NCBI GenBank assembly: GCA_036785375.1
Contig: JAWMAR010000201.1
Coordinates: 124,001 to 188,000, forward strand
Direction of reading: 5' to 3'
DNA from: Leucoraja ocellata
Lineage: Eukaryota
Length of the DNA stretch: 64,000 nucleotides
Positions 23,201 to 36,779 of this stretch are shown piece after piece. Below the pieces are notes generated by a model, which worked only from the letters and a program-made list of their open reading frames with translations, had not been told where the DNA came from and ran no database searches. The translations under genes were made by a program, and so were the position numbers. Position 1 is the stretch's first letter. Every line of letters starts with the position of its first letter.

Positions 23201-25574
23201 ATACACTCCCAGCCCACGGAATTGCCTCCCATAATCATGGACATACTCCCTTACAATAGACCCTCCACACCGATACACTCTCCCACAGCCCACATACATT
23301 CTGTTTCCCTTGTTAAACACAATGAAACTCAAGTAACACCCCCTGCAGTATCCACACTTTCTCCCCAATTCAGTCCGTCCCCACTTATATCTGTGATACT
23401 TTGGACATCCTTCACCACTCGGACAGGTTCTAATGACCTGGTCCTGACTTCCCCGTGACTGCATGGGTTTTCCCCGGGTGCCCTGGTTTCCCCCAACACT
23501 CCAAAGACAAACAGGTTTGTAGGATAATTGGCTTCAGTAAAGATGGTAACGCCTCTAGTGTGTAGGATAGTACTAGTGTACAGGGATCGCTGGTCAACAC
23601 GGACTCAGTGGAGTGGGCCGAAGGGTTGGTTTCCGTGCTATATCTCTTAACTAAACTGGACCAATACATCGATTGGGATAAAACATCTCTTCCTCCATCT
23701 GGGCATGTTGCAACCTTCTGGACTTACTGTCAAATTCTTCAATTTGGAAGAACCCTGTTTGCCATTCCTTGTGTAGGCTCTCCTCTTCCTTTCGTCTTCC
23801 TGCCCCCCTCACCCTGCATCAATCTGAAGAAGGGTTTTGGCCTGAAACGTTGCCTATTTCCTCCGCTCCATAGATGCTGCCGCACCCGCTGAGTTTCTCC
23901 AGCACTGTTGTCTATCTCCATTTATAACGTCAACTCTGTTTTTCTCTCTCCATTACCCCTGCTTGACCTTCTGTGCATTTCCTGCATCTCTTCATAGTTT
24001 CAGTTTTGAACTAAATTGCCATTAATAGCTTTTACACATCCTTTATTTTCTCTTTCTTTCTAACTGTACTTTTTAACCCTTCATCACAATAACCAAAACA
24101 CTGGGGACATCTGGGAAAAACCTTGCTTCACCTACTAGAGGTCATTCCTAGTTTTATCCACCTCTACCCCCCTATCTGTTTTTTGAATTTTCTCCCAGTT
24201 TTTCAACGCCCTCGGCTATAAGGGGAAAAGTTGAGATTCCCAGCTGTGGGAATGGGGATGGGATCAACACTCCATCTGTGATGGTTGCCAGCGAGTATGA
24301 GCCAGCAGAGGTCAGGCTGTTGTGGTGGTCAATAAGCCCAGCAACTACTGAGATGTGTTGCCTATCAGATCTCTGCAGTTTCAGGTAGCTGGCTCAGTTT
24401 AATCTCAGAATAATTTTTACTTCCTCATTTTAATTTTTCTGCATTTTCTGAGAAATGCTTGCAAATAAAGTAACATCGAATCATTGAAACTGTTTCCAGC
24501 TGAGAGAACACATTCTCAGATTGTGCAAGTGACTGACTCATGGAAACCTCATGCACGCAGTGCCCATATCATCCCATTTTACAAATTGAAAACCGACATC
24601 CCACTTAACCAAATCGACTGTACAAATTTGAGGACTTCTTCCACCATAGGCCTCATCACAGTCTCTCTCGTAGACATTCCCCTTCACTGCTCCCTCTGTA
24701 ACACCCCTATCTTTGAAACCCACCCCCCCCCCCCCCCCCGTGCCTGCACCTATCCCTATATCTATAATCGCTCCAGTCCCTAACCCCTCATTTTCTCTGT
24801 AATCCCTCCATCCCTTACACCCTTCTGTCTCTGAAACCTCTCCAGTCGCTCTAACCACGATCTCTGCAATCCCACCAGCCCTTAACACCTTCCACTTTCA
24901 GTAACCCGTCCAGATCCTATGCTTCATCAAAAATCCAATCCCTACACTGTAAAACCCTTCTGGCCCAATAACCCTTTTTATCTTCATAATCCCCTGTTTG
25001 GTCCAGCATATGGATAGGAAATATTCAGAGGGATGTGGACCAATTGCAGATAAATGAGCGTAACTTAGATGGGGGATTATGGCTGACATGAAATGAAAAT
25101 GAAATGCCTTCATTTGTCATTGTAAGCACTGCATACAACAAAATTGTTGTTGCCACTCCATTGGTGCATAATATAGAAACATAAAAACACAGGACACAAT
25201 TTAAAAACAATGTTAAAAACTAGGTATTAAAATAAGTAAGTAATCAGTACTGTACATAGTGATAGTAAAAGTTCAAGGTGGGTAGCAGCGTGGAAGAGTA
25301 CAGCATGAATAATACTCAGTGTTTTTTCATTTTGAGTGTGAAGATTGCTTTGGGGAAGAAACTGTCTCAGAGTCTGGAGGTGCGTGTTTTGGCTGACCTG
25401 TAACGCCTGCCCGAGGGCAACAGTTCAAAGCATAGTGGCTTAGGACAAAGTGTCTGTTTACATGCTGTATGACTATGATTCGACACCTTTCTTATTTGTC
25501 CACCTCCAGCCCTACCACCCATCCAGTTTTCTACCCTCCAGGCCCTACATCCACTTAAGCATCCAATCTACAAA

Positions 25575-26176
25575 CTGCAGTTGTATAGGGCTCTGGTGAG
25601 ACCACATCTAGAGTATTGTGTACAGTTTTGGTCTCCTAATTTGAGGAAGGACATCCTTGTGATTGAGGCGGTGCAGCGTAGGTTCACGAGATTAATCCCT
25701 GGGATGGCGGGACTGTCATATGAGGAAAGATTGAAAAGACTAGGCTTGTATTCACTGGAGTTTAGAAGGATGAGGGGAGGATCTTATAGAAACATATAAC
25801 ATTATAAAAGGACTGGACAAGCTAGATGCAGGAAAAATGTTCCCAATGTTAGATGAGTCCAGAACCAAGGGGCCACAGTCTTAGAATAAAGGGGGGGGGG
25901 GGGTTTATTTAAGACTGAGGTAAGAAAAAAATGTTCACCCAGAGAGTTGTGAATTTATGGAATTCCCTGCCACAGAGGGCAGGGGAGGCCAAGTCACTGA
26001 ATGGATTTAAGAGAGAGTTAGATAGAGCTCCAGGGGCTAGTGGAGTCAAGGGATATGGGGAGAAGGCAGGCACGGGTTATTGATAGAGGACGATCAGCCA
26101 TGATCACAATGAATGGCGGTGCTGGCTCGAAGGGCCAAATGGTCTCTTCCTACACCTATTTTCTATGTTTCTATGT
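25575..26176 (+). mobile_element. CR1 LINE 3' fragment
   Basis: [13 protein letters not shown]; tttctatg tail. Confidence 0.9.
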
Positions 26177-26259
26177 ATCTCCTTATCTCTGTAAACACCT
26201 CCAGCCTTCATGCCCTTCTTTACCTGAACAAGCCCCTCTAACCTTCCCTATTCCCTAAT

Positions 26260-26900
26260 CTCAAATGTATCCACATAATATTGCACCTACCATGCATCTG
26301 CCCACTTACCCAACCTATCTAAATCACCTTAGTATCCTTAATACCACTTAGTATCCTCCTCGCAACTCCATCTCACACTGCCACACAGCTTTGAGTCATC
26401 CGCAAACTTGGAGATGTTACATTTAAATCCTTTGTCTAAATCGTAAATATGTATTGTAAATAACGGAGGTCCCAGCACTGAGCCTTGAGGCACCCCACTA
26501 GTCACTGCCTGCCATTCTGAAAAGGACCCGTTAATTCCTTCTCTTTGATTCCTGTGTGCCAACCAGTTCCCTATCCCCTGACATCAGTCTGAAGAAGGGT
26601 CTCGACCCGCAACGTCACCCATTCCTTCTCTCCAGAGATGCTACCTGTCCTACTGAGCTACTCCAGCATTTTGTGTCTACCCTTGATGTAAACCAGCATC
26701 TTTAGTTCTTTCCTATACAGTTCTCTATCCATATCAAAACCCTACCCCCAATACCATGCACTCTAAATTTGCACACTAATCTCTTGTGTGGGACCTTGCC
26801 AAAGGCTTTTTGAAAGCCAGATACACCACATCCACTGGCTCTCCCTTATCCATTCTACTTGTTACATCCTCAAAAGATTCCATAAGATTATTCAAGCATA
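26260..26900 (-). mobile_element. CR1 RT fragment with a nested Penelope-tail repeat (26578-26718)
   Basis: [11 protein letters not shown]...FADDSK on the minus strand. Confidence 0.8.
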
Positions 26901-27399
26901 TATAAAGAAAACAATAGTGGTGCAAAGTCACAAATAATACCTCCATGTCTTTGTAGTTCGGAGCTTATTTGGAGGCTGTAGTGTTTAATAGCTTGATGGT
27001 TGTTCAAAAGAATCTGCTTCTGAACCTGGACAGTGCAGTTTTCAGGCTCCTGTACCTTCTTCCCGATGGCAGGAGTGCAATGACAATGTGGCCAAAATGG
27101 TGTGGTCTCTGAGGATTCTTGCTGCCTTTTAGAGCCAATATTCCTGTAGATCTCTTCGATGGTGGGGAGGTTTGTAACTACGTTGGAGTCAATCTGGAGA
27201 CATCCCCAAGTGAGAGTAGCTGGAGATACTGGCTAGCGGATGGCTATCCACTGAGAGAGAGCAACCGTGAACACCGACATATGGATATCTCATGTGAGAG
27301 AGTTACTTAGAGACACAAGACAGGGAAAAGATAATCTCTGAAGGAGAGGGAGGAGGGTCACTGGTGCCTGTACAGACATCCTTGAGCGAGAGATACCTG

Positions 27400-28295
27400 C
27401 CAGAGAGAGGTCTGGTGGTACGGGGGCTGATGTTCCGGTACCTTATGCCTGAGGGCAGCAGGCAGAATAGACCATGGTCCTGGGTGGCTGGGGTGTTTGT
27501 TGATCCCCCGGGCTTTTCAGCCGCCTGGAGTAGATGTCCTGGAGGGAGGGCAGCTCACACCCGGCGATGAGCTGGGCCTTCCGCACAACTCTCTGCATGG
27601 CCCTTCGGGTGTGGCTGGTGCAGCTGCAGCTGCCATGCCAGGTGGAGATACAGCCTACCAGGATGCTCTCCACGGTGCCTCTGTAGAAATCCCTGAGGAC
27701 CCGGGGGTTCAGGCGGAATTTCTTCAGTCGCCGGAGGTTTTAGAGGTGCTGTTACACCTTTTCTGCTGATGGTGGATATGTGGGTGGTCCAGGGCAGGCC
27801 CTCCGTGATGTGGAGACCGAGGAAGTTGAAGCTCTCCATCCTCTCCACCGCTGCACCGTTTGATGTTGATGGGGGGGGTGGGGGGGGGGTTAAGCCCCAG
27901 GTCCATGAGCTTACCGATGAGTCCATGAACAGCATCCTAAAAAGAAATGTCCCTCTTGTCCAGGTGGGTGAGGGCGGTGTGAAGGGTGTGGGCGATGGGG
28001 TCGTCTGTTGATCTGTTGGGGCGGTAGGCAAATTAGCAGTGGTCCAGGTTGTTGGGTAGTGAGGAGCAGATTATATCCTTGACTAACTTCTCAAAGCATT
28101 TGCTGCTGATGGGTGTCAATGCCATCGGTCCCCAGTCGTTGAGGGTGGTGAGTTTGTTGTGCTTGGGTATGGGGATGATGGTGGTGGTTTTCAGACAGGC
28201 GGGAACGGATCTTAGGGAAAGCGAGAGGTTGAAAAATGTCAATGAACACCCCGCTAGCTGGCTTGCACATGCCTTCCGGACGCCATCGGGTATGA
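27400..28295 (-). mobile_element. degraded Rex-Babar LINE
   Basis: FNLSL...VPACLKTTTIIPIPK and ESILVGCISTWHG motifs. Confidence 0.8.
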
Positions 28296-28315
28296 GGGCA
28301 CGCTGGTGGATGCTG

Positions 28316-29242
28316 TATATGTGTATTTTTACAATACTTGAGAGATTTTATCACAGAGCATTAAAAATGTCATATCTCCGCTAAGTAGTATGGTGTTAAT
28401 TTTTTCAGGGATTGTGACTCAAATGTGCAAGAGATAGTAGAGATAAAATCAAGTTAGGAATTAAATTAATTCCCCGAATCAACCCGTTTATATCTCAAAA
28501 ATATCAATTTTTAGGACACCAAAAATAACATGCTTTGACATTATGAAATAAAGTGGCAATTTCTGCATTAATTACATTATAATTCAAAACATTTTCAAGT
28601 TTGTGTCAAGATTCTGTAAAAGCTGCTGCATGCCAAAATTAGTGAATATTTTTGGTGTCCACCATCACACGCGTAACACCAGCATTTTGCAGTAGCTATA
28701 TTTCGATCAAATTATGTACCTGCAGTCTCTTATTATTTATGGACAATTAGTTCCATAAAATGTATTCAAAACATGAGAAAGATATTACAAAAAATAAATA
28801 CTGGGTGAAACAGGAGCTACTTTCATTTTGGTGTCCACTCTTGGACACTGTGTATGTTTCAGTAGAAAACAGGAATATTGGTCATTTGGTCACATACTCC
28901 ATGTTTATAGCAAGAAAGCACATTTGTCTGTTGAAAAACAACAAAAGTGAGGAAATCAGCTATCATGCTTTGGAAAAAAATGACTTTCTAAATTTCATGT
29001 AACGGTTGTTATGGTGGACATCAAACATAAAGTGTAAAAAAACGTATGTTAAACAAGGAATCTTGTTCATTAATCACATTTTCTCAAACTTCATCAGCTA
29101 TCTCTCCCTGTCATGTACTGTCGCTGTGGGGGGTTTTGATGAATCTGAATCATGTTGAAATTATTTATTTGTGAACTTCAGTTTTATGTATGATTTATTA
29201 TATTACACTTTTTGTACCCAGGATTGTAAAAACACACATATA
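28316..29242. mobile_element. AT-rich MITE-like element with 20-bp TIRs
   Basis: tatatgtgtatttttacaat (28316-28335) versus attgtaaaaacacacatata (29223-29242), 19/20 inverted match. Confidence 0.65.
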
Positions 29243-30317
29243 TGGAATTTAGCAAGCCATCTGACAAGTCCTCTTATATTAACTGCTCGAGGAGGTTAAA
29301 GCAAAAGGGATCCAGGGTAATCTGACTAATTTGATCCAAAGTTGAATTGGTGATATTGATATTGGTTTATTAATGTCCCATATTCATCAACACAGTGAAC
29401 TGTTATGTGTGCTATCAAGCTAATCATCTATACATGATCACAATCAAACCATATACTGTACAAGTACAACAATCACACGAGTTGCAGAATACAGTACTGC
29501 AGTTGCAAAAGGTGCCGGGAGAGGGGATAAGAGAGAATGATGGGGGTGTGTGTGGGCAGTGTAAATGTACATAGAGTTAATGGGGGAGGGGAGGTGTTTG
29601 TAGAGGATGTTTTGCGTGATGTTCTGGGCTGTGTCCATGATTCTTTGAAATTTCTTACATTTAGGCAGAATAATTGCGAAACTAAGGTGTGGTGCATCAT
29701 GGTAGGAGGCGTTCCATGGTGCATCTGTTGAAGGTGCTTAGAGTAATTGCATACATGCCAAATGTTCTTAGTCTTCTGAGAAAATAGAGCTTTCTTGCAG
29801 TGGCATCATTGTGGTTGGTGGTGATGTTTGCACTCAGGAACTTGAAGCTTACAGCTAAGGTTAGTGCTGGAAGAATGCTTTTCTGACTGGAAGTCTGCAA
29901 CAAGTGGTGTACTGAATATCATTGGTGTTTCATTGAGTTAGGCACATGACACCTCAGGAAAGCTCAACCGTTGGTTAGCACAGCACAACTCCCACCAGTA
30001 TCTGCTAAATAAAGGAAACTGCAGGCAATTAGCTCACTCTAACAAATGCTAAACAGCTGCATCCAATCTTCCACTAATCATAGCCCATCATTAAACTTGT
30101 AACACCACAAATATCACCCTTGCACAGACTACAATTACAAAGAAATACACATACTGCATGTCATGGTGGTTGTCCATTGAGTCGTTGTGAGCAGGTCAGG
30201 CAGGGAGAAGCGGGCGGAGGGATTGAACGGCCGGCTGGGAAGGGGAGCTCCCCGTGTGGAAGGGAGAGAGGGACTAGGAGTTGGCGGTTGGCATAAACTG
30301 GTTTGTGACTGGATCAA

Positions 30318-31532
30318 ATGGCAACTCAGGTAGGATTAGAGGATGATGAAGACCAAGATGATGGGGCTTTTGGTGACTGGACGTCAGTATCTAGTCAGAG
30401 ATCAGGAAGGAATCAAGGAGAAGGAGGAGTCAGGCAAAACGAGCTCAGCCAAAGCAGCAAAAGGAGTTTTGAAGGGAACAGTTCAGAGGAGGATAGGAGA
30501 ATGGTTTGGAAAAAGGTTGAAAGGAAGGAGGTTAAAATAATACTGAAATTCAGAAAGGAAGATGAGCATGTCAATTTAAGTCCGATAGTTTTATCCAGGG
30601 AGCTAAAGAAGAAGGTAGGAGAGGTGGAAACAGCTAAGATTTTGAGAGACGGGAACTTGTTAATAATATGTAAAATGGAGGAGCAGAAAAATAAGGCTCT
30701 GAAGAGTGAAAGTGTTTGCAAGAAGATGGTGAGTGAAAGAAAGACTCTGGGTGAGAGTAGAGTGACAAGGGGAGTAATAACAGGTATTCCTGTAGATGAA
30801 GACCTGGAGAAACTCAAACGGAGTATTTTTGGTGGCCAGGTGAGTGTAGCTAAGACATTGTTAAGGACAGTGGAGGGTAAGAGGGTAGAGAGCTTGTCTG
30901 TGCTTCTGGAGTTTCAGCAGTCTGAACTACCAGAAAAAGTGAGAATCGGATGCATGAGTTTTCCAGTGAGGCCTTATATCCCTCCACCGCTCCAATGTTA
31001 TAAATGCCAGAGATATGGACATATAGCAGCGGTGTGTAAGGGGAAGCAGAGGTGTCCCAAGTGTGGAGGAGAGCATAGATTTAAAGAGTGCAGAGAAAAT
31101 ATGCAGGATAAATGCTGCAATTGTGGAGGACCGCACAGGGTAACGTATGGGGGATGTGAAGTCAGGAAGAGGGCTGTGGAGATTCAGCAAGTGAAAACAG
31201 TAAGTAACATAAGCTACTCAGAGGCAGTGAAGAAGGTGCAAGGACAAAGGGGAAGAGTGGATATAATTGGGAGAGAGAATCATCCGGTTTTGAGATTAGA
31301 GGAAAGTCAAGCAGTCAAAACTCACACAGAACTGACAGCTGATAAGCTTATTGTTTTCATTGCATATGTAATCAACTGTACTGATCAGGTTAAACACAAA
31401 ACAGAAAAAATAAAAATCATTGTTAAGGGAGCAGAGAAGTTTTTGGGTTTAAAAGAAGTATCATGGGAGAGTATCAATAAAAAGCTTGAAGCAGATGGAA
31501 GGCAGGAAGGTTCTGGTGATAGGTCAAATTGA
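30318..31532 (+). CDS. I/Nimb ORF1, gag-like nucleic-acid-binding protein (404 aa, intact)
   Basis: CYKCQRYGHIAAVC, CPKCGGEHRFKEC, CCNCGGPHRVTYGGC. Confidence 0.9.
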   Translation: MATQVGLEDDEDQDDGAFGDWTSVSSQRSGRNQGEGGVRQNELSQSSKRSFEGNSSEEDRRMVWKKVERKEVKIILKFRKEDEHVNLSPIVLSRELKKKVGEVETAKILRDGNLLIICKMEEQKNKALKSESVCKKMVSERKTLGESRVTRGVITGIPVDEDLEKLKRSIFGGQVSVAKTLLRTVEGKRVESLSVLLEFQQSELPEKVRIGCMSFPVRPYIPPPLQCYKCQRYGHIAAVCKGKQRCPKCGGEHRFKECRENMQDKCCNCGGPHRVTYGGCEVRKRAVEIQQVKTVSNISYSEAVKKVQGQRGRVDIIGRENHPVLRLEESQAVKTHTELTADKLIVFIAYVINCTDQVKHKTEKIKIIVKGAEKFLGLKEVSWESINKKLEADGRQEGSGDRSN

Positions 31533-34500
31533 TTATATTACAATGGAACGCAAGGAGCATAATAGCAAATGGACAAGAGTTTAAAAGATTCATTAAAGAG
31601 TTAAAGAAGAAACCAGAAGTCATATGTATTCAAGAAACCTGGCTTAAGCCTTCATTAGACTTTGTCATCAAAGGTTATGATAGTATCCGTAGATAGGGTG
31701 GAGGGGGGTGGAGGGGGGTGTGTAATATTTATAAGGCAAGGAATACATTATAGATTGTTGGTGAAAGGAACAGAATTAGAATATTTAGTGGTTGAAATTT
31801 GGACAAGAGAAGGTAAGGTTAAAATTGTTAATTTTTATAATCCGTGTAAAAGGCTTTCAATGGAGTTGATGGATGAACTTGCTGGGTATTTAGGGGGGAA
31901 AGTTATATGTTGTGGAGATTTTAATGCCCATAGCACGTTGTGGGATGATTCTAATGATGAAAATGGGATGGTGATTGAGGATTTAATGGAGAATAAAAAC
32001 CTTGTGTGTCTTAATGATGGAAGTGGGACACGAATCAACATCAGAACAAGGTCAGAATCAGCCATAGACCTCACACTAGTGTCAGACTCATTGGCGGGTG
32101 TTTGTTCATGGGAAGTAATTCGAAGAACAACGGTAGGAAGTGGCCACTACCCGATAGAAATAGTAGCAGGAGTGAGTTTAGAGGAGTATAATACAGAGAG
32201 AATACAGAAGTGGTCTTTTAGTGGTGCTGATTGGGAGAAGTTTAAGATTGTTAGTGATCAAGAAATGGAGAAAATTGATATTTATGAAGATGTGGATAAT
32301 TTAAATATTTCTGTTTGTGAAGCCATTTTAGAGGCAGCAACGAAGTCCATTAAAAAGAAAGGAGGTAAGCACAACAAGAAGAGTGTACCATGGTGGACTA
32401 AGGAGTGTGACAAAGCAATTAAGTGTCGAAATAAAGCTTTTAAAATTTTGAAAAGAAATCACAATTTTCAGAATCTTATTGAATACAAAAGGTTGCAAAC
32501 AAGTGTAAGAAGAGTAATAAAAAATGCAAAGAGGGAATTTTGGAGGACATTTGGTAACTCAGTGGGAAGGGAGACAAAAGTAGGTCAAGTTTGGGGAATG
32601 ATAAGGAGAATGAAAGGAATTAAAAGAGAATACAAATATCCAATCCTAACTGACGGTGAAATTACAGCAGTGAAAGATGAAGAGAAAGCAGAGATGTTGG
32701 CAAAATCTTTTGCTAAAATTCACAGTTCAGACAATGTTAGTGAAGAAGGAAGAAAAGGAAAAGAAAATACTATAGCAGAGAATATACAGTTAATACGATA
32801 TGAGGAAGACACTAACGATGTTTTTAACAAACCATTCACAAAGACAGAATTCAATCGAGCTCTTAGAAAAACCAAGATGTCAGCACCAGGTAAAGATCAG
32901 ATTTGTTACACCATGTTAAACCATCTCAGTGAAACATCCAAGTATTTTTTGTTAGAATTTTATAATAAAGTGTGGGAGGGTGGGAAATTACCGCAAAGCT
33001 GGAAGGAGGCAGTAGTAATCCCAATAGGAAAACCAGGTAAAGATCTGACAAACCCAGGGAATTATAGGCCTATTGCGTTAATTGCGTAGAGGATGCTAGG
33101 AGACTGCAGGGTGACTTGGATAGGCTGGGTGAGTGGGCGAATGTTTGGCAGATGCAGTATAATGTGGATAAATGTGAGGTTATCCATTTTGGTGGCAAAA
33201 ACAGGAAAGCAGACTATTATCTAAATGGTGGCCGATTGGGAAAGGGGGAGATGCAGCGAGACCTGGGTGTCATGGTACACCAGTCATTGAAGGTAGGCAT
33301 GCAGGTGCAGCAGGCAGTAAAGAAAGCGAATGGTATGTTAGCTTTCATTGCAAAAGGATTTGAGTATAGGAGCAGAGAGGTTCTACTGCAGTTGTACAGG
33401 GTCTTGGTGAGACCACACCTGGAGTATTGCGTACAGTTTTGGTCTCCAAATCTGAGGAAGGACATTATTGCCATAGAGGGAGTGCAGAGACGGTTCACCA
33501 GACTGATTCCTGGGATGTCAGGACTGTCTTATGAAGAAAGACTGGATAGACTTGTACTTTATGTTTATACTCTCTAGAATTTAGAAGATTGAGGGGGGAT
33601 CTTATAGAAACTTACAAAATTCTTAAGGGGTTGGACAGGCTAGATGCAGGAAGATTGTTCCCGATGTTAGGGAAGTCCAGGACAAGGGGTCACAGCTTAA
33701 GGATAAAGGGGAAATCCTTTAAAACCGAGATGAGAAGAACTTTTTTCACGCAGAGAGTGGTGAATCTCTGGAACTCTCTACCACAGAGGGTAGTTGAGGC
33801 CACTTCATTGGCTATATTTAAGAGGGAGTTAGATGTGGCCCTTGTGGCTAAGGGGATCAGGGGGTATGGAGAGAAGGCAGGTACGGGATACTGAGTCGGA
33901 TGATCAGCCATGATCATATTGAATGGCGATGCAGGCTCGAAGGGCCGAATGGCCTACTCCTGCACCTAATTTCTATGTTTCTATGTTTCTATGTTAACAT
34001 CCACCATATGTAAAGTAATGGAAAAAATGGTAAATGAAAGGTTAACATATTATGTAGAAAATAAAGGATATTTATCCAATTACCAGAGTGGTTTCAGGAA
34101 GGGGAGAAACACCATGGATCCAGCTATATGTTTAGAACATGAAATTAGGAGAGCACAAATTAACAGAGAAAGTGTAGTAGCTGTATTTTTTTGATATTGA
34201 GAAAGCATATGATATGATGTGGGGAGAAGGGTTATTAGTGAAACTAGGTAAATTGGGGATTAAAGGTCGTATATTTAAATGGATTAAGGATTTTTTATTT
34301 GGGAGGTCAATACAAGTACGAGTTGGAAATCAATACTCAGGAATATTACATATTGAAAATGGAACACCTCAAGGGAGCATAATAAGTCCTTTACTATTTT
34401 TAGTAATGATAAATGATGTATATGAAGAAATTGTAAATGAAATGGGAGTTTCACTGTTTGCGGATGATGGGGCAATCTGGAAAAGGGGGAGAAATGTGAA

Positions 34501-36214
34501 GTTTATTGTGCAGAAACTACAGAGGGCTATAATAAAAGTACAAGAGTGGTCATATAAATGGGGATTCAAATTTTCTGTGGAAAAGACAAAGATAATGTTT
34601 TTTACTAGGAAGAAAATTGATAGTGAGGTAAAACTAAAATTATATAACCAGGAATTGGAGAGAGTAAAATACTATAAATTTTTAGGTTTATGGTTTGATG
34701 AGAGGATTACATGGATGGTTCATATTCAGAAAGTAGTGGACAAGTGTACGAAGATACTTAATGTAATGAGATGTTTAGTTGGATGTGATTGGGGGGCAGA
34801 TAGAACAGCTTTGAAGGCTATATACACTGGGTTAATTAGATCTGTGTTAGATTATGGTTGTGTGGTGTATGGGTCCGCATCAAGTACTTCTCTTAAGAAA
34901 ATAGCCAACATTCAATACCAGGCATTGAGAATATGTACAGGTGCAATAAAAACAACTCCAACAGCAGCATTACAGGTTGAAATGGTGGAGATGCCTCTAG
35001 AGATGAGAAGGATACAGCTTTCATTGAATTACTGGATTAACCTACAGGGCCACAGTCAAGAACACCCAGTACAAGTTACTGTCAAACCATGCTGGGAAAA
35101 GGAGAGCAGGGAAACAAAACGTTTTGGATGGACAGTGACCCAGAGAGCAATACAAATTAGCATAGCCCAATTAAATGTGGTTCCAACGGTTCCATTACCT
35201 TCAATTCCACCTTGGATACTTCCAGATGCAACAGTAGACTTTACAATATTAGAACAGGAAAACAAGGATAAACAACATGTGTATAATTCAGTCATCATAC
35301 AGGAATACATTGACAGATACTACAGTTTTGTCCAAATTTATACAGATGCATCAAAAGATTCAGTAGATAAAGTAGGAGTAGCATTTATTGTACCAGAATT
35401 TCACATCAAAGTAGGGAAGAGGATCAATAATGAGGTCTCAGTATACACAGGTGAAATGATTGCAATATTGTTAGCGGTACAGTGGGTCGAGGATACTAGG
35501 CCTTTAAGGACAGTTATTTGTTCAGATTCAAGTGTAGCAATAAAGAGTTTACAGCACAGTCATTCAGACAATAGACCAGATATTTTGATAGAAATACACC
35601 AAACACTATTCAGAATTCAAATGATGGGGCTTACAGTCATATTTTTATGGGTACCAGCACACATTGACATTAGAGGAAACAAAATGGCAGATAAGGTAGC
35701 AAAAGAGGTAACAAAAAGAAGTAAGATTGATTTAAGTATTAACATAGGTAAAACTGAAATTAAAGACATTATTAAGCAAAGACTGAAGGAAAGATGGCAA
35801 AAGCAATGGGAGGAAGAGCGGAAAGGACGGTGGTTCTACAGAGTCCAGAGGAAAGTGGGAGAGATGAGATGTGCAGGAAAGAACAGAGAAGAGGAGACAG
35901 TGATTTCAAGAATTAGATTTGGACACACTGGTCTGAACAGTACACTTTTTGTAATGGGCAAGCATAATACAGGCAGATGTGAATACTGTGGGCAAGAGGA
36001 AACGATAGAGCATGTCATTGTACATTGTGAGAGGTATGAGGAGGAGAGAGAACGAATGAGTGAGCAGTTCAGAAAAGAAGGAGTACAATTTGATTTGGTA
36101 GATATTTTGCAAGGGAGTTCAAATAAGTGCTATCAAATCCTGATGCTTTTTCTTAGGGTAACCAATTTGTTCGGAAGGATATTGGTTATTAGAATATGTA
36201 ATGGTGTTGTTTGA
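31529..36214 (+). pseudogene. I/Nimb ORF2 (endonuclease, RT, RNase H), disrupted
   Basis: ILQWNARS, CIQETWL, GDFNAHS, NYRPIAL, GTPQGS, LFADD, IYTDAS, WVPAH..GN.MAD, CEYC..ETIEH...C. Frameshifts near 31690 and 34190, CR1 insertion at 33088-33993. Confidence 0.9.
33088..33993 (+). mobile_element. young CR1 LINE 3' part nested in the I/Nimb ORF2
   Basis: Splits NYRPIAL|TSTICK; (tttctatg)3 tail. Confidence 0.95.
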
Positions 36215-36339
36215 TCCACACTCCATGCCAGTTGGTGGCGGTAATGCACCAAAAAAGTTGTTTGCCAACCGCCAAAAAACACTATGTCGAAGAAGTACTG
36301 CATGTCATACATTTCCTTTCTGCCCACAACTGACATTAT

Positions 36340-36740
36340 TTCTTCTTCGCTAAATCAACCTACTGCCTTGCACTGCTGCAAGCTCTGTCTGCGAATTTCT
36401 GGCTCTCCAAATAGCGACATGGTCAATCTCGCTATGAAGATTCTACAGCCCACCTCTACTGGACGTACTCTTGCTCTCCAACCTTGCTGCTCATCTTCTG
36501 CTGCCAACTCTACATATCTAAACCTTTTTCCTTTCATAAGCCTCATCCACTAAGTTCTCCCAAGGCACCGTCAGTTCTATAAAATACACTATCTGCTGAC
36601 CAACTGACCGTAACACTATATCAGGCTTCAAACTAGTACTAATAATTTCATACAAAAATAACAAGATTTCCTCCTAAATCAACCTGCAACTCCCAATCAT
36701 TGGCTCCCCATAACTATGCTGCCACCTTCAGATATCTTTG
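36340..36740 (-). mobile_element. HERO-like (restriction-like endonuclease) non-LTR fragment
   Basis: LKPDIVL...FIELTVPWE...RYVELAAE..GWRARVRPVEVGCR. Confidence 0.7.
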
Positions 36741-36779
36741 GGCTTGTGCACCAAGGTTTGGGCTTTAACACAGCAGCAT

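Larger units (their letters stand above)
30165..36295 (+). mobile_element. full-length I-group (Nimb-like) non-LTR retrotransposon
   Basis: 13-bp TSD tactgcatgtcat (30152-30164, 36296-36308). ORF1 with three CCHC knuckles; ORF2 with APE, RT, RNase H and CCHC. Ends in GAAGAAG. Confidence 0.9.
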
